This document shows positions 39,336-48,749 of a stretch of DNA of 64,000 bases, in pieces. The position numbers were made by a program, and so were the translations under genes. The stretch's first letter is position 1; each line of letters opens with the position of its first letter. Source of the stretch: Candidatus Flavonifractor merdavium (GTDB lineage: Bacteria > Bacillota > Clostridia > Oscillospirales > Oscillospiraceae); contig DWXF01000036.1 in assembly GCA_019119335.1 (NCBI GenBank), positions 29,760-93,759 on the forward strand, written 5' to 3'. The notes under the pieces were generated by a model that did not search any database, was not told where the DNA came from, and saw only the letters and a program-made list of their open reading frames with translations.

Positions 39336-40346
39336 TTATTTGTTGCGGTTGAACAGCTTGCGCATGTACTCCACGCCGCTGCCGCCGTTGCCGGACTCGT
39401 CGGCGTAGCCGGTGCCGCCATAGGTGTAGGTGCGCTCGGGCACATCCTTGTTGAGCAGCTCCTCGTCGATCTGCGCCACGCAGCGGGCCATGGAGCCGTC
39501 GCCCATGTACCAGCGCAGGGGGAAACAGAAGAAGTTGAACACAGTGCCGGCGGGGATCTTGTCCAGATCGCCGCCCAGGTTCTCCACGCCCACGATGCCG
39601 TGGCCCAGCATCTCCTTGTGGCAGGGCTCCCAGGTGCCCCACACGCCGATGTCCTCCAGCTCGCCGAACTTCTCGTCATAGGCGGCCTGGCCGTGGATGC
39701 GGATGTACTCCTGCTTGTCGAACTCGGCATAGGCCTCCTCGCCGAAGAGCTCCTTGTACTCCTCGGTGATGGGCTTGCCGGTGGCGCCCAGCAGATTCAT
39801 GCGGGTCATGCCGTTGTTGCCCATGGCGGTGTGCAGGGGGTGGTCCAGAGCCTGGCTGTCCATGGCCACGCACTTCACGCCCTGCTTCACAAACCACTTG
39901 CCGGCGTCGATGCCGGTGCCGATGGAGTAGTGATAGTAGGCCTTGGAGTCGTCGAACAGCCGGTGCATGCCGGTGTTCAGGCACAGCACCTTGCCCTTCA
40001 GGTCGGCGGGGTTCACGCCGCACTTCTGGCAGGCCTCCTCCAGGTGCTTGTCGGTGATCAGGGTCCAGGGCTCCACATCCAGCTTGAGCACGATGGCCTC
40101 GCCGGTGTAGGCGTCAATGGGCATCTCGTGGGTGTAGCGGGCCCGGCGGCCGTCAAACTCGTACTCCATCACGTGACGGGGGGCGTCGCAGTGGGTGCCG
40201 GTGTGCATGGTGCAGGAGATCTTGGAGGTGAGCACGCCGCCCTTGGCCATGGTGTGGGCGTTGTCGATCACCGGCTTGTCAAAGTAGGGCCAGCGGGGAA
40301 TCTCCGCGCAGAAAGGGTGGGTCAAATCCACAAAAATCTTACCCAT
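39336..40346 (-). CDS. Cyclase-family metallohydrolase, probable dihydrophloroglucinol cyclohydrolase
   Basis: HTGTHCDAPRH cyclase motif, GIVGVENL; immediately downstream of the SDR. The specific function is inferred. Confidence 0.75.
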   Translation of the reverse strand: MGKIFVDLTHPFCAEIPRWPYFDKPVIDNAHTMAKGGVLTSKISCTMHTGTHCDAPRHVMEYEFDGRRARYTHEMPIDAYTGEAIVLKLDVEPWTLITDKHLEEACQKCGVNPADLKGKVLCLNTGMHRLFDDSKAYYHYSIGTGIDAGKWFVKQGVKCVAMDSQALDHPLHTAMGNNGMTRMNLLGATGKPITEEYKELFGEEAYAEFDKQEYIRIHGQAAYDEKFGELEDIGVWGTWEPCHKEMLGHGIVGVENLGGDLDKIPAGTVFNFFCFPLRWYMGDGSMARCVAQIDEELLNKDVPERTYTYGGTGYADESGNGGSGVEYMRKLFNRNK

Positions 40347-40386
40347 GATGATATTCCTCCTAACAATACGTTTGATTGGGTGGGGC

Positions 40387-41184
40387 TCAGCAGGCCCAGT
40401 AGCCGCCGGTGGCGTCGTAGTTGCCGCCGGTGAGGAAGTCGGAAGCGGGGGAGGCCAGCATGATGGCCAGGCCCACGAAGTCGTAGGGTTCGCCCAGCCG
40501 CCCGATGGGCAGCCGCTTCAGGAAGTTCTGGTACACCGCGGACTCGGGGTCGAACATCCACTCGGTCAGGTCGGAGCGGAACACGGTGGGGTTGATGGTG
40601 TTCACGTTGATGTGGTGCTTGGCGCTGAGATCGCAGGCCATGGACTGGATCATCAGGTCGCAGGCGCCCTTGGAGGCGCAGTAGCCGGTGTAGCCGGCCA
40701 TGCCCATCTTGGACCGGGCGGAGGACACCACCACAATCTTGCCGCCCTTGCCCTGAGCCACCATCTGCTCGGACACGGCCTTGCAGACGATGTACACGCT
40801 CTTCAGGTCGGCGTCCATGATGTACTGCCAGTCCTCGGCGGACTGCTCCAGAATGTTCTGGGGCTTGTTGTAGCCGTGGGCCACCGCCAGGATGTCCACC
40901 TGACCATAGGTATCCACCGCGCACTTCACCAGCCGGGCCATGTCCTCGGTCTTGCTGGGGTCGGCCACGCAGGCGGTAACCTGGCCGCCGTTGGCTTTGA
41001 TCTGGTCCACGACCTCCTGCAGCTTCTTCTCGTTGCGGGCGGTGGCCACCACCTTGGCCCCGGCATAGGCGTAGGCCACGGCGATGGCGCCGCCCAGCGC
41101 GCCGGTGGCGCCGGTGACGATGGCTACCTTATCCTTGATGGAGAACAGGTTCTCCACAAACTCCTTCTGCACATTAACGGACAT
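40387..41184 (-). CDS. SDR oxidoreductase, probable phloroglucinol reductase
   Basis: TGATGALG and YCASK. The segments [29 protein letters not shown] and terminal GGYWA match my recollection of clostridial phloroglucinol reductases (not verified by search). Confidence 0.75.
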   Translation of the reverse strand: MSVNVQKEFVENLFSIKDKVAIVTGATGALGGAIAVAYAYAGAKVVATARNEKKLQEVVDQIKANGGQVTACVADPSKTEDMARLVKCAVDTYGQVDILAVAHGYNKPQNILEQSAEDWQYIMDADLKSVYIVCKAVSEQMVAQGKGGKIVVVSSARSKMGMAGYTGYCASKGACDLMIQSMACDLSAKHHINVNTINPTVFRSDLTEWMFDPESAVYQNFLKRLPIGRLGEPYDFVGLAIMLASPASDFLTGGNYDATGGYWAC

Positions 41185-41202
41185 TTCCTGTTCCTCCTTT
41201 TC

Positions 41203-41556
41203 TTACTTTGCCTCGGGATAGTTGATGATGACCAGCATCCGGGCGGGCAGATTGCTCTCGTTCATCAGGCCGCGGCCCTCGTTGGGGGGGAAGGAGATGG
41301 ACTCATCCTTGTGGATGACGTACTTCTTGCCGTCCTTGTCGGTGACGGTCATCTCGCCCTCCAGAACGTAGTAGACCTTCTCCAGCGGGTTATCCTCATA
41401 GGCCCACTCGGCGCCGCCGCCGGGCAGGAAGGTGGAAACGCCCATCCAGAACTTCTCGGCGCCGGTCTCCTCCTTGCCGTGAATGCGCATGGCCACCATA
41501 TTGAAGTGGCCCGCCGCCTCATAGGGTTTCAGTTCCGCTACTGTACGCTTGACCAT
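41203..41556 (-). CDS. Cupin-domain protein
   Basis: FLPGGG...EKVYYVLEGEM and SISFPPNEGR cupin motifs; metal His residues are not evident. Confidence 0.8.
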   Translation of the reverse strand: MVKRTVAELKPYEAAGHFNMVAMRIHGKEETGAEKFWMGVSTFLPGGGAEWAYEDNPLEKVYYVLEGEMTVTDKDGKKYVIHKDESISFPPNEGRGLMNESNLPARMLVIINYPEAK

Positions 41557-41672
41557 TGAAAATCCGCTCCTTCAATCAAAATAAAATGAGCTGGGTAATG
41601 TGTGGGGGGACGGTGGGAAGCGCCCGTCCTTTTTCTGAAACCAGTGTAGTCAAAATGAATTTTTTGTGCAAT

Positions 41673-41727
41673 ACATACAATTGTGTAAGTAGATAACCCA
41701 AAAGTCTCCACCCACCAAATGGTAAGT
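41673..41727 (-). promoter_or_regulatory. Three tandem HxlR-type boxes upstream of the cupin-SDR-cyclase operon
   Basis: ACTTAC-N6-GTGGGT, GGAGAC-N6-GTTATC and ACTTAC-N6-GTATGT, between the operon and the divergent HxlR gene. Confidence 0.6.
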
Positions 41728-41961
41728 ATCCGGAATTTGTGGAAAACAGATAAAGGGTAAAATGCGCTTTTGTACACAATGTAAAGTGAACTGGATGGTC
41801 AAAAGAGAAATTGTAGAGAGTGCACAAAAATATTGTTAAAATTTTGGCAGATTGGGGAGGGCGAACCCCTGCCCCCACTTGTGAGGGCAGGGGCAGGTGT
41901 GGTATGATGGTATGCGCAGGGTACACCCCTTTGCCATCAAGTTGAGACGAGGTGAAGCATC

Positions 41962-42426
41962 GTGCGTGGCGATCAGCTGGACAGCCCCACCAACCCCTAT
42001 CATTACATCCTGCACTGCATTGGCGGGAAGTGGAAAATGACCATCCTCCATGAGATCCACACCTATGGCAGCATCCGATTCAATCAGACCCTGAAATCCC
42101 TGCCTATTTCGGAGAAGGTGTTCAGTCAGCAGCTGAAAGAGCTGGTACAGGCCGGCCTGATCCGGCGGATTTCTTATGATACCATTCCGCCCAAGGTGGA
42201 ATATGTGCTCACCCCCAGCGGGGAGCAGTTGATTCCCGCCCTGGATATTCTGTATATCTGGAGTATCCGGCGGATGGACGAGCTGGGGATTCCCATTGAC
42301 GCGGACGCTTTCGTGGTCCATAAGACCAGCAAGTATGTGGACGAGCTGCGGGAGATCATGGAAGCCAACGATTTTACCCCCGACCGCACCCGTCAGGGGG
42401 CGGACCGGTCGAAAAACGGGCTTTGA
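41962..42426 (+). CDS. HxlR/DUF24-family winged-helix regulator
   Basis: IGGKWKMTIL, ISEKVFSQQLKEL and PPKVEYVLT motifs. Confidence 0.9.
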   Translation: MRGDQLDSPTNPYHYILHCIGGKWKMTILHEIHTYGSIRFNQTLKSLPISEKVFSQQLKELVQAGLIRRISYDTIPPKVEYVLTPSGEQLIPALDILYIWSIRRMDELGIPIDADAFVVHKTSKYVDELREIMEANDFTPDRTRQGADRSKNGL

Positions 42427-42429
42427 GCA

Positions 42430-42477
42430 AAAAATAAGCTCCGCCGTTCCCAACGGGGAACGGCGGAGCTTATTTTT
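42430..42477. terminator. Bidirectional terminator
   Basis: AAAAATAAGCTCCGCCGTTCCC-AACG-GGGAACGGCGGAGCTTATTTTT. Confidence 0.8.
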
Positions 42478-42478
42478 G

Positions 42479-43048
42479 TCAGTCCAGAGCCAGATGGGAC
42501 CGCTTGAGCCCCTGGCGGATGGCCAGGCACAGAGGCGGCGCGGCGGCGATGGCGATAATGCCGTTGAACAGGGAGGCGGGGATCTTCAGAGGCAGCAGCA
42601 CCGCCGCCGCTTCAAAGGGCAGTCCGCCCATCAGCATGCCGTCGTAGAACAGGCTTTTGGTGAAGTAGAGGGCGTAGTAGATCACGCAGCCCAGAATGGC
42701 TCCTGTGAGACAGCGGGCATAGCCCCCCTCGCTGCGCTTCTGGGCGGAGTACATCACCAGCCCGGCCCCCAGGCCCATGGCCCCCTTGGTCAGGAAGGTG
42801 AGCCAGCACTCCGGCGCATACATCGGGTTGGTCAAATCGTACAGGGCGGAGCCCAGTCCGGCGGCCAGCCCGCCCACCGGCCCCAGCAGCAGCCCGGACA
42901 GGCAGCACAGGATGTTGGCCAGCGTAAAGGCGGTCTGCCCGGTGGACAGCGGGACGATGATGCGGAAATAATTGCTGGCAAACACCAGGGCGGTCATCAT
43001 GGCCAGCACCGCCAGCCGGACCACGGATATGGACGAACCTTTTTTCAT
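42479..43048 (-). CDS. ECF transporter S component, probably vitamin B6-specific
   Basis: About 6 TMs, GLGSALYDL motif; PdxR-type operator upstream. Confidence 0.8.
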   Translation of the reverse strand: MKKGSSISVVRLAVLAMMTALVFASNYFRIIVPLSTGQTAFTLANILCCLSGLLLGPVGGLAAGLGSALYDLTNPMYAPECWLTFLTKGAMGLGAGLVMYSAQKRSEGGYARCLTGAILGCVIYYALYFTKSLFYDGMLMGGLPFEAAAVLLPLKIPASLFNGIIAIAAAPPLCLAIRQGLKRSHLALD

Positions 43049-43081
43049 GGGAACCACTTCCGATCTTCTCTTGATGGGGCT

Positions 43082-43141
43082 ATTATAGGACAATACTGAC
43101 CCTATTTAAATGTTCAGTTTTAGAAAAAACGATAAGGTCAG
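43082..43141 (-). promoter_or_regulatory. PdxR (MocR/GabR)-type operator and -10 element
   Basis: Minus strand CTGACC-N18-CTGAAC-N10-GGTCAG, then TATAAT at 43082-43087. Confidence 0.7.
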
Positions 43142-43185
43142 AAACAAGAAAAATCCTGCCGCAGCCTGAGCTGCGGCAGGATGGC

Positions 43186-43728
43186 TCAATGGTCAAAAAA
43201 GCGGGTGATTCTTGCCCGGGCGGGGGGCCAGGAGGCCAGAAAGAGGATGATACCTCCGGCCAGCAGCAGAAAGCACAGGGCGGTAAGCAGCTCCAGGTCA
43301 TAAGTCTGGATGAAATACCTCCAGCTGTGGTCTGTGTGGCTGCTGTCCCAGTGATACCATGTGACGCCCTGCTCATAGGTGATGGTGGGGACCATGACGG
43401 CCACCGCACGGGACAGGATATAGGTGGTCAGAATGCCCAGCAGACCGGCGGCGGCCAGCACGATTCCGGCCAGACGGCGCTTTCCCAGGGGGTCTGCCGC
43501 CGGAGGGGCGGCGGGCTGGGGCGGCTGATCAAGGCTGTCGTCCAGCAGGTAGTCGGCGGACACCCGGAACAGGCGGCTGAGCTGGAACAGGTTGCCCGCG
43601 TCGGGTTGGGCGGAGCCTCCCTCCCAGCGGGAGACCGCCTGCCGGGATACCCCCAGCTGTTCGGCCAGGGCCTCCTGGGACAGGCCCCGGCTCTTGCGCA
43701 GGGCTACAATCTTTTCGGGCAGTTTCAT
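43186..43728 (-). CDS. XRE-family HTH protein with two C-terminal TM segments
   Basis: LSQEALAEQLGVSRQAVSRWE; hydrophobic segments; GGAGG RBS. Confidence 0.85.
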   Translation of the reverse strand: MKLPEKIVALRKSRGLSQEALAEQLGVSRQAVSRWEGGSAQPDAGNLFQLSRLFRVSADYLLDDSLDQPPQPAAPPAADPLGKRRLAGIVLAAAGLLGILTTYILSRAVAVMVPTITYEQGVTWYHWDSSHTDHSWRYFIQTYDLELLTALCFLLLAGGIILFLASWPPARARITRFFDH

Positions 43729-43827
43729 AGGCGCACCTCCTGGTTTTCTGGCTTTAGCTTACCAGAAGGCCGGGAGCAAAGCCACCGCAACAGGCTGTCA
43801 CTTCCGCAACAAGTCTTTACATCGGGC

Positions 43828-45210
43828 TTAATACCGGCCGAAATCGCCGGAGCGGCCCTCGGTGACGTCGGCGCCGAACTCATAGTCCTTGCCGGGCAGG
43901 ACGGCGTTGAGGGCGATGCCGGCAATGGCGGCAATGGCCAGGTTGGTGAGGGTCACGTGGACCTCGCCGACGCTGAAGGTGATGCCGTTGGAGAAGCCAA
44001 GGCCGCACACCAGGATGATGGCGGCGATGATCAGGTTGCGGGAGTTGGTGAAGTCCACCCGGTTTTCCACCACGTTGCGCACGCCGATGGCGGAGATCAT
44101 GCCGTAGAGGATGAAGGACACCCCGCCGATGATGGCGGTGGGGATGGAGTTGACGATGGCCGCGAAGGCGGGGGAGAAGGAGAGCACCACCGCGTAGATG
44201 GCGGCCAGCCGGACCACGTTGGGGTCGTACACCCGGGAGAGCACCAGCACGCCGGTGTTTTCGCCGTAGGTGGTGTTGGCGGGGCCGCCGAACAGGCCGG
44301 CCAGGGAGGTGGCGATGCCGTCGCCCATCAGGGTGCGGTGGAGGCCGGGGTCCTGGATGAAGCTGCGGCCCACCGTGGCGGAGATGGCGGACATGTCGCC
44401 GATGTGCTCCATCATGGCGGCAATGGCGATGGGGGCCATGACAAAGATGGAGGTCAGGTCAAATTTGGCCAGGAAGAAGGGCTGGATGCCCACCGGGGCG
44501 GCGGAGGCCAGGCCGGAGAAGTCGATGAGGGGCACCACATTGCCGGCGGCGTCCAGGGCGGTGGCGCCCATGGCGTTGGCGATCAGGGCCACCACGTAGG
44601 AGCCCACCACCCCCAGCAGGATGGGGATGATCTTCACCATGCCCTTGCCCCAGATGTTGGCCGCCACAATGATGGCCATGGCCACGATGGCCAGCCACCA
44701 GCAGGTGGAGGCGTTGGACACAGCGGAGGGGGCCAGGTTCAGGCCGATGAGGATGATGATGGGGCCGGTGACCACCGGGGGCAGAAAGCGCATGACCTTT
44801 TTCACCCCCACCGCCTTGATGACGGCGGCCAGAACCACGTACAGAAGGCCGGCCACCACAATGCCGCCGCAGGCGTATTGCAGCTTCACGGCCGGGTCCA
44901 TACCGGCGTACTTGCCCGCGTCCAGCTTGGCCATGGCCTCAAAGCCGCCCAGATAGGCGAAGGAGGAGCCCAGGAAAGCGGGTACCTTCAGCTTGGTGCA
45001 GATATGGAAGAACAGCGTGCCGATTCCGGCGAAGAACAGGGTGGTCTGGATAGACAGGGGCAGGCCGTAGCCCTGGACCAGGATGGGCACCAGTACCGTG
45101 GCCCCGAACATGGCGAACATGTGCTGCAGGCCCAGAATCAGCATCTTGGGGACGCCCAGCACCCGGGCGTCCCGGATGGGCTCGCCTCCCGGCGTTTTGT
45201 TTTCGCTCAT
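43828..45210 (-). CDS. NCS2 uracil permease (UraA/PyrP-like)
   Basis: GLQHMFAMFGAT, FLGSSFA, EHIGD and TTYGENTGV (UraA-type signature). Confidence 0.9.
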   Translation of the reverse strand: MSENKTPGGEPIRDARVLGVPKMLILGLQHMFAMFGATVLVPILVQGYGLPLSIQTTLFFAGIGTLFFHICTKLKVPAFLGSSFAYLGGFEAMAKLDAGKYAGMDPAVKLQYACGGIVVAGLLYVVLAAVIKAVGVKKVMRFLPPVVTGPIIILIGLNLAPSAVSNASTCWWLAIVAMAIIVAANIWGKGMVKIIPILLGVVGSYVVALIANAMGATALDAAGNVVPLIDFSGLASAAPVGIQPFFLAKFDLTSIFVMAPIAIAAMMEHIGDMSAISATVGRSFIQDPGLHRTLMGDGIATSLAGLFGGPANTTYGENTGVLVLSRVYDPNVVRLAAIYAVVLSFSPAFAAIVNSIPTAIIGGVSFILYGMISAIGVRNVVENRVDFTNSRNLIIAAIILVCGLGFSNGITFSVGEVHVTLTNLAIAAIAGIALNAVLPGKDYEFGADVTEGRSGDFGRY

Positions 45211-45415
45211 AACGATCTCCTCTCCTACCTCAATTCAATTCGAATCATTATACCAGAGGCCGCCGACCATAGCAAGGAAAAAGCATGGCGGGCGGGGAAT
45301 TTGGGTATCCTTCTCAAGGCGGGGAGAAAAAAGAAGATGGCTGTCGTAGATCTGCGCATTGACAAACGGCCCTGCCTTTATTATAGTAAAACGAAAGAGA
45401 GAAGAAGGTGACCCT

Positions 45416-46678
45416 ATGAAACGACCCTTTGTGACAAAGGAGCAGCTGGAGGAGCTCACCCAACAGTTCCCCACGCCCTTCCACCTGTATGACGAGAACG
45501 GCATCCGCCAGACCGCCCGGAAGCTGAAGGCGGCGTTTGCCTGGAACCCCGGCTTCCGGGAATATTTCGCGGTAAAGGCCACCCCCAATCCGGCCATCTT
45601 GAAGATCCTCCAGGAGGAGGGCTGCGGCACGGACTGCTCCTCCCTCACCGAGCTGATGCTGGCCGACCGATGCGGCTTTTCCGGCCAGGAGATCATGTTC
45701 TCCTCCAACGATACCCCGGCGGAGGACTTCAAGCTGGCCCACAAGCTGGGCGCCATCATCAACCTGGACGACTTCACCCACATCGACTTTCTGAAGGAGA
45801 CCATCGGCACGATCCCGGAGACCATCTCCTGCCGCTTCAACCCCGGCGGGGTGTTCACCCTGGGGGAATCGGCGGAGGGCTTCCAGGTGATGGACACTCC
45901 CGGCGACTCCAAGTACGGCTTCACCCGGGAGCAGCTGTTTGAGGGCTTCAAAAAGCTGAAGGCTATGGGGGCCAAGCGGTTCGGCATCCACGCCTTCCTG
46001 GCCTCCAACACCCTTTCCAATGAATACTATCCCACTCTGGCGGGGATCTTATTCCGCCTGGCGGTGGAGCTGGAGCGGGAGACCGGCTGCGATATCTGCT
46101 TCATCAACCTCTCCGGCGGCGTGGGTATCCCCTACAAGCCCGACCAGCCTGCCAACGACATCGCCGCCATCGGCGAGGGGGTGCGCAAGCAATTTGAGGA
46201 GATCCTGGTGCCCGCGGGCATGGGAGACGTGGCCCTGTGCACCGAGTTGGGCCGGTTCCTGCTGGGGCCCAACGGCTGCCTGGTGACAAAGGTGCTCCAC
46301 TTCAAGCACACCTACAAGGAGTATGTTGGGGTGGATGCCTGCGCCGCCAACCTGATGCGCCCCGCCATGTACGGGGCCTACCACCACATCACCGTGGCGG
46401 GCAAGGAGGACGCCCCCTGCGACCACAAGTACGACGTCACCGGCGGCCTGTGTGAGAACAACGACAAGTTTGCCGTGGATCGCATGCTGCCGGAGGTGGA
46501 GCTTGGGGATCTGCTGGTGATCCACGACACCGGAGCCCACGGCTTCTCCATGGGCTACAACTACAACGGCAAGCTGCGCTCGGCGGAGGTGCTCCTCCAG
46601 AGCGACGGCACCGCCAGGCTGATCCGCCGGGCCGAGACCCCGGAGGACTACTTCGCCACCCTGACCTTTGAGGAGTAA
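45416..46678 (+). CDS. lysA: Diaminopimelate decarboxylase
   Basis: FAVKA PLP lysine, SKYG, ELGR, LCENND and GAHGFSMGYNYN; promoter TTGACA-17-TATAGT at 45359-45387. Confidence 0.9.
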   Translation: MKRPFVTKEQLEELTQQFPTPFHLYDENGIRQTARKLKAAFAWNPGFREYFAVKATPNPAILKILQEEGCGTDCSSLTELMLADRCGFSGQEIMFSSNDTPAEDFKLAHKLGAIINLDDFTHIDFLKETIGTIPETISCRFNPGGVFTLGESAEGFQVMDTPGDSKYGFTREQLFEGFKKLKAMGAKRFGIHAFLASNTLSNEYYPTLAGILFRLAVELERETGCDICFINLSGGVGIPYKPDQPANDIAAIGEGVRKQFEEILVPAGMGDVALCTELGRFLLGPNGCLVTKVLHFKHTYKEYVGVDACAANLMRPAMYGAYHHITVAGKEDAPCDHKYDVTGGLCENNDKFAVDRMLPEVELGDLLVIHDTGAHGFSMGYNYNGKLRSAEVLLQSDGTARLIRRAETPEDYFATLTFEE

Positions 46679-46726
46679 AACAATACGCCGCGGAACGGCT
46701 GTTCCGCGGCGTATGTTTTTATCTGC

Positions 46727-47806
46727 TTAGTTGGAGGCCAGCATCAGCCGGGTCCACTCGCTGTCGTACAGGGCCAGGGTGTCGGCAGGCAGGTTCTTGA
46801 AGCTCTCACACTGGGCCAGGATGGACTCGTCGGGGTAGGCGTAGGGATCGCCGGACACCTCGGGGTCCAGCTCCTCCCGGACGGAGAGCAGGGGGGAGGA
46901 GTACCAGATCTCCTCGCAGTTCTTCAGACCGGCCTGGGTGGAACACATATAGTTGATGAAGATCTCGGCATTTTCCTTGTTCTCGGCGTTCTTGGGGATG
47001 CACATGGCGTCCACGTACAGGTTGGTGCCCTCCTCGGGCAGGCAGAAGGCCAGGTCGGGGTTGACCTCCTGCATGGTCAGAAAGTCGCCGTAGTAGTAGG
47101 CGCCGATGGCGGCGGAGCCGCTCTGCATCTTCTCAAAGATGTCGTCCATCACGTAGGACTGCACCAGGGGCTTCTGCTGGATGAGCAGATCCACGGCCTC
47201 CTTGATCTGGTTCTCGTCGGTGGTGTTGTAGGAGTAGCCCAGCTGCTTCAGGGCGACGCCGATGGCGTCCCGGGAGTTGTTGAACATCAGGATCTGGCCG
47301 GCGTAGTTCTCGTCAAACATGATGTCCCAGCTGGAGGGGGTCTCCTCCACCATGGTGGTGTTGTAGATCACGCCCAGCAGGCCCCACATGTAGGGCACGC
47401 TGTACAGGTTCTCCGGATCGTAGTCCGGATTTTTCAGCGCAGGGTCCACATCCTCGAAATTCGGAATATTGTCAAAGTTCAGCGGCTCCAGCATATCCTC
47501 CTCGATCATACGGGAGATCATATAGTCGGAAGGAATTACCACGTCATAGCTGGCGCCCTCGTTTTTCAGGACGCCGTACATGGCTTCGTTGCTCTCGAAG
47601 GTGTCGTAGACCACCTTGATGCCGGTCTCGGCGGTGAAGTCCTCCAACACGGACTCGTCGATATAGACGCCCCAGTTGTAGACGTTGACCACGCCCTTGT
47701 CGGCGGCGCCGGGGTCATCAGCGGTACCGGACTGGGTGCCGCCGCAGCCGGACAGGGCGCCCAGGGTGAGGGCAGCTGCGCTCAGGAGTGCGAGAGACTT
47801 TTTCAA
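46727..47806 (-). CDS. potD: Spermidine/putrescine-binding lipoprotein
   Basis: Lipobox LSGC; VYNWGVYID, FESNE, PSDY and PYMWG motifs; TTG start. Confidence 0.92.
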   Translation of the reverse strand: MKKSLALLSAAALTLGALSGCGGTQSGTADDPGAADKGVVNVYNWGVYIDESVLEDFTAETGIKVVYDTFESNEAMYGVLKNEGASYDVVIPSDYMISRMIEEDMLEPLNFDNIPNFEDVDPALKNPDYDPENLYSVPYMWGLLGVIYNTTMVEETPSSWDIMFDENYAGQILMFNNSRDAIGVALKQLGYSYNTTDENQIKEAVDLLIQQKPLVQSYVMDDIFEKMQSGSAAIGAYYYGDFLTMQEVNPDLAFCLPEEGTNLYVDAMCIPKNAENKENAEIFINYMCSTQAGLKNCEEIWYSSPLLSVREELDPEVSGDPYAYPDESILAQCESFKNLPADTLALYDSEWTRLMLASN

Positions 47807-47888
47807 TTTCTTTCTTTATCCCCTTTCGGAAATGAAATAATTATAACCAGCCCCTTGGGGGCAAGTTACCACACACAACGGGGCGGCC

Positions 47889-48749
47889 TTACCGCCCGGG
47901 GTTCAGCTTGGCCTTCCGCCGGGCGGAGGCGGTCTCCTGCCGGGCCTGACGGATGTTGACGGTGAGCAGCAGGGCGAACACCACCAGGAACATCAGGGTG
48001 GACAGGGCGTTGATCTCGGGGGTCACCGGCTTTTTTACCATGGTGTAGATCTCCACCGCCAGAGTGGTGACGCCGGAGCCCTTGGTGAAGTAGCTGATGA
48101 CGAAATCGTCGATGGACATGGTAAAGGCGATGATCAGGCCGTTGAGCACCCCGGGCATGATTTCGGGCAGAATCACCTTCCGGAAGGCCAGAAAGCCGGG
48201 GGCGCCCAGATCCTGGGCCGCCTCATAGATATTGGGGTCCAGCTGCCGCAGCTTGGGCATCACCGACAAAATAACATAGGGGGCGTTGAAGGTAATGTGA
48301 GCAATGAGCAGGGTGCCGAAGCCGGTGCGCCAGCGTACTCCGAACAGCTCGCTGAGGAAGCTGTCGTTGAACACCCCGATGGCGAACACGAACAAAAGCA
48401 TCATGGACACGCCGGTGATGATGTCCGCGTTGGTCAGAGGGATGTTGTTCACCGCCAGGAAGGCGCTCCGGGAGCGCCGGCGCATGGAGTAAAACCCGAT
48501 GGCGGCGGCGGTGCCCAGGATGGTGGCGATGACGGCGGCCAGCACCGACAAAATGATGGTGGTGCGCAAAGCCCCCAGCAGGCGGGTGTTGTGGAAGAGC
48601 TCCACATACCACTGGGTGGAGAAGCCGCCCCACACCCGGTTGCTCTTGGTGGCGTTGAAGGAGAACACGATGAGCAGCACAATGGGGGCGTACAGGAACA
48701 CATACACCAGCAGCGTGAAAAACCGGGAGGGAATCCGATGCTTGTTCAC
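47889..48749 (-). CDS. potC: Spermidine/putrescine ABC permease
   Basis: EAAQDLGA and FTMSIDDF; operon position. Confidence 0.92.
   Translation of the reverse strand: MNKHRIPSRFFTLLVYVFLYAPIVLLIVFSFNATKSNRVWGGFSTQWYVELFHNTRLLGALRTTIILSVLAAVIATILGTAAAIGFYSMRRRSRSAFLAVNNIPLTNADIITGVSMMLLFVFAIGVFNDSFLSELFGVRWRTGFGTLLIAHITFNAPYVILSVMPKLRQLDPNIYEAAQDLGAPGFLAFRKVILPEIMPGVLNGLIIAFTMSIDDFVISYFTKGSGVTTLAVEIYTMVKKPVTPEINALSTLMFLVVFALLLTVNIRQARQETASARRKAKLNPGR

Noticed and set aside
45211-45415. PyrR attenuator before the uracil permease or lysine riboswitch before lysA
   Set aside because: Both predicted leaders are only a few tens of nt, with no PyrR loop consensus, L-box or leader terminator.
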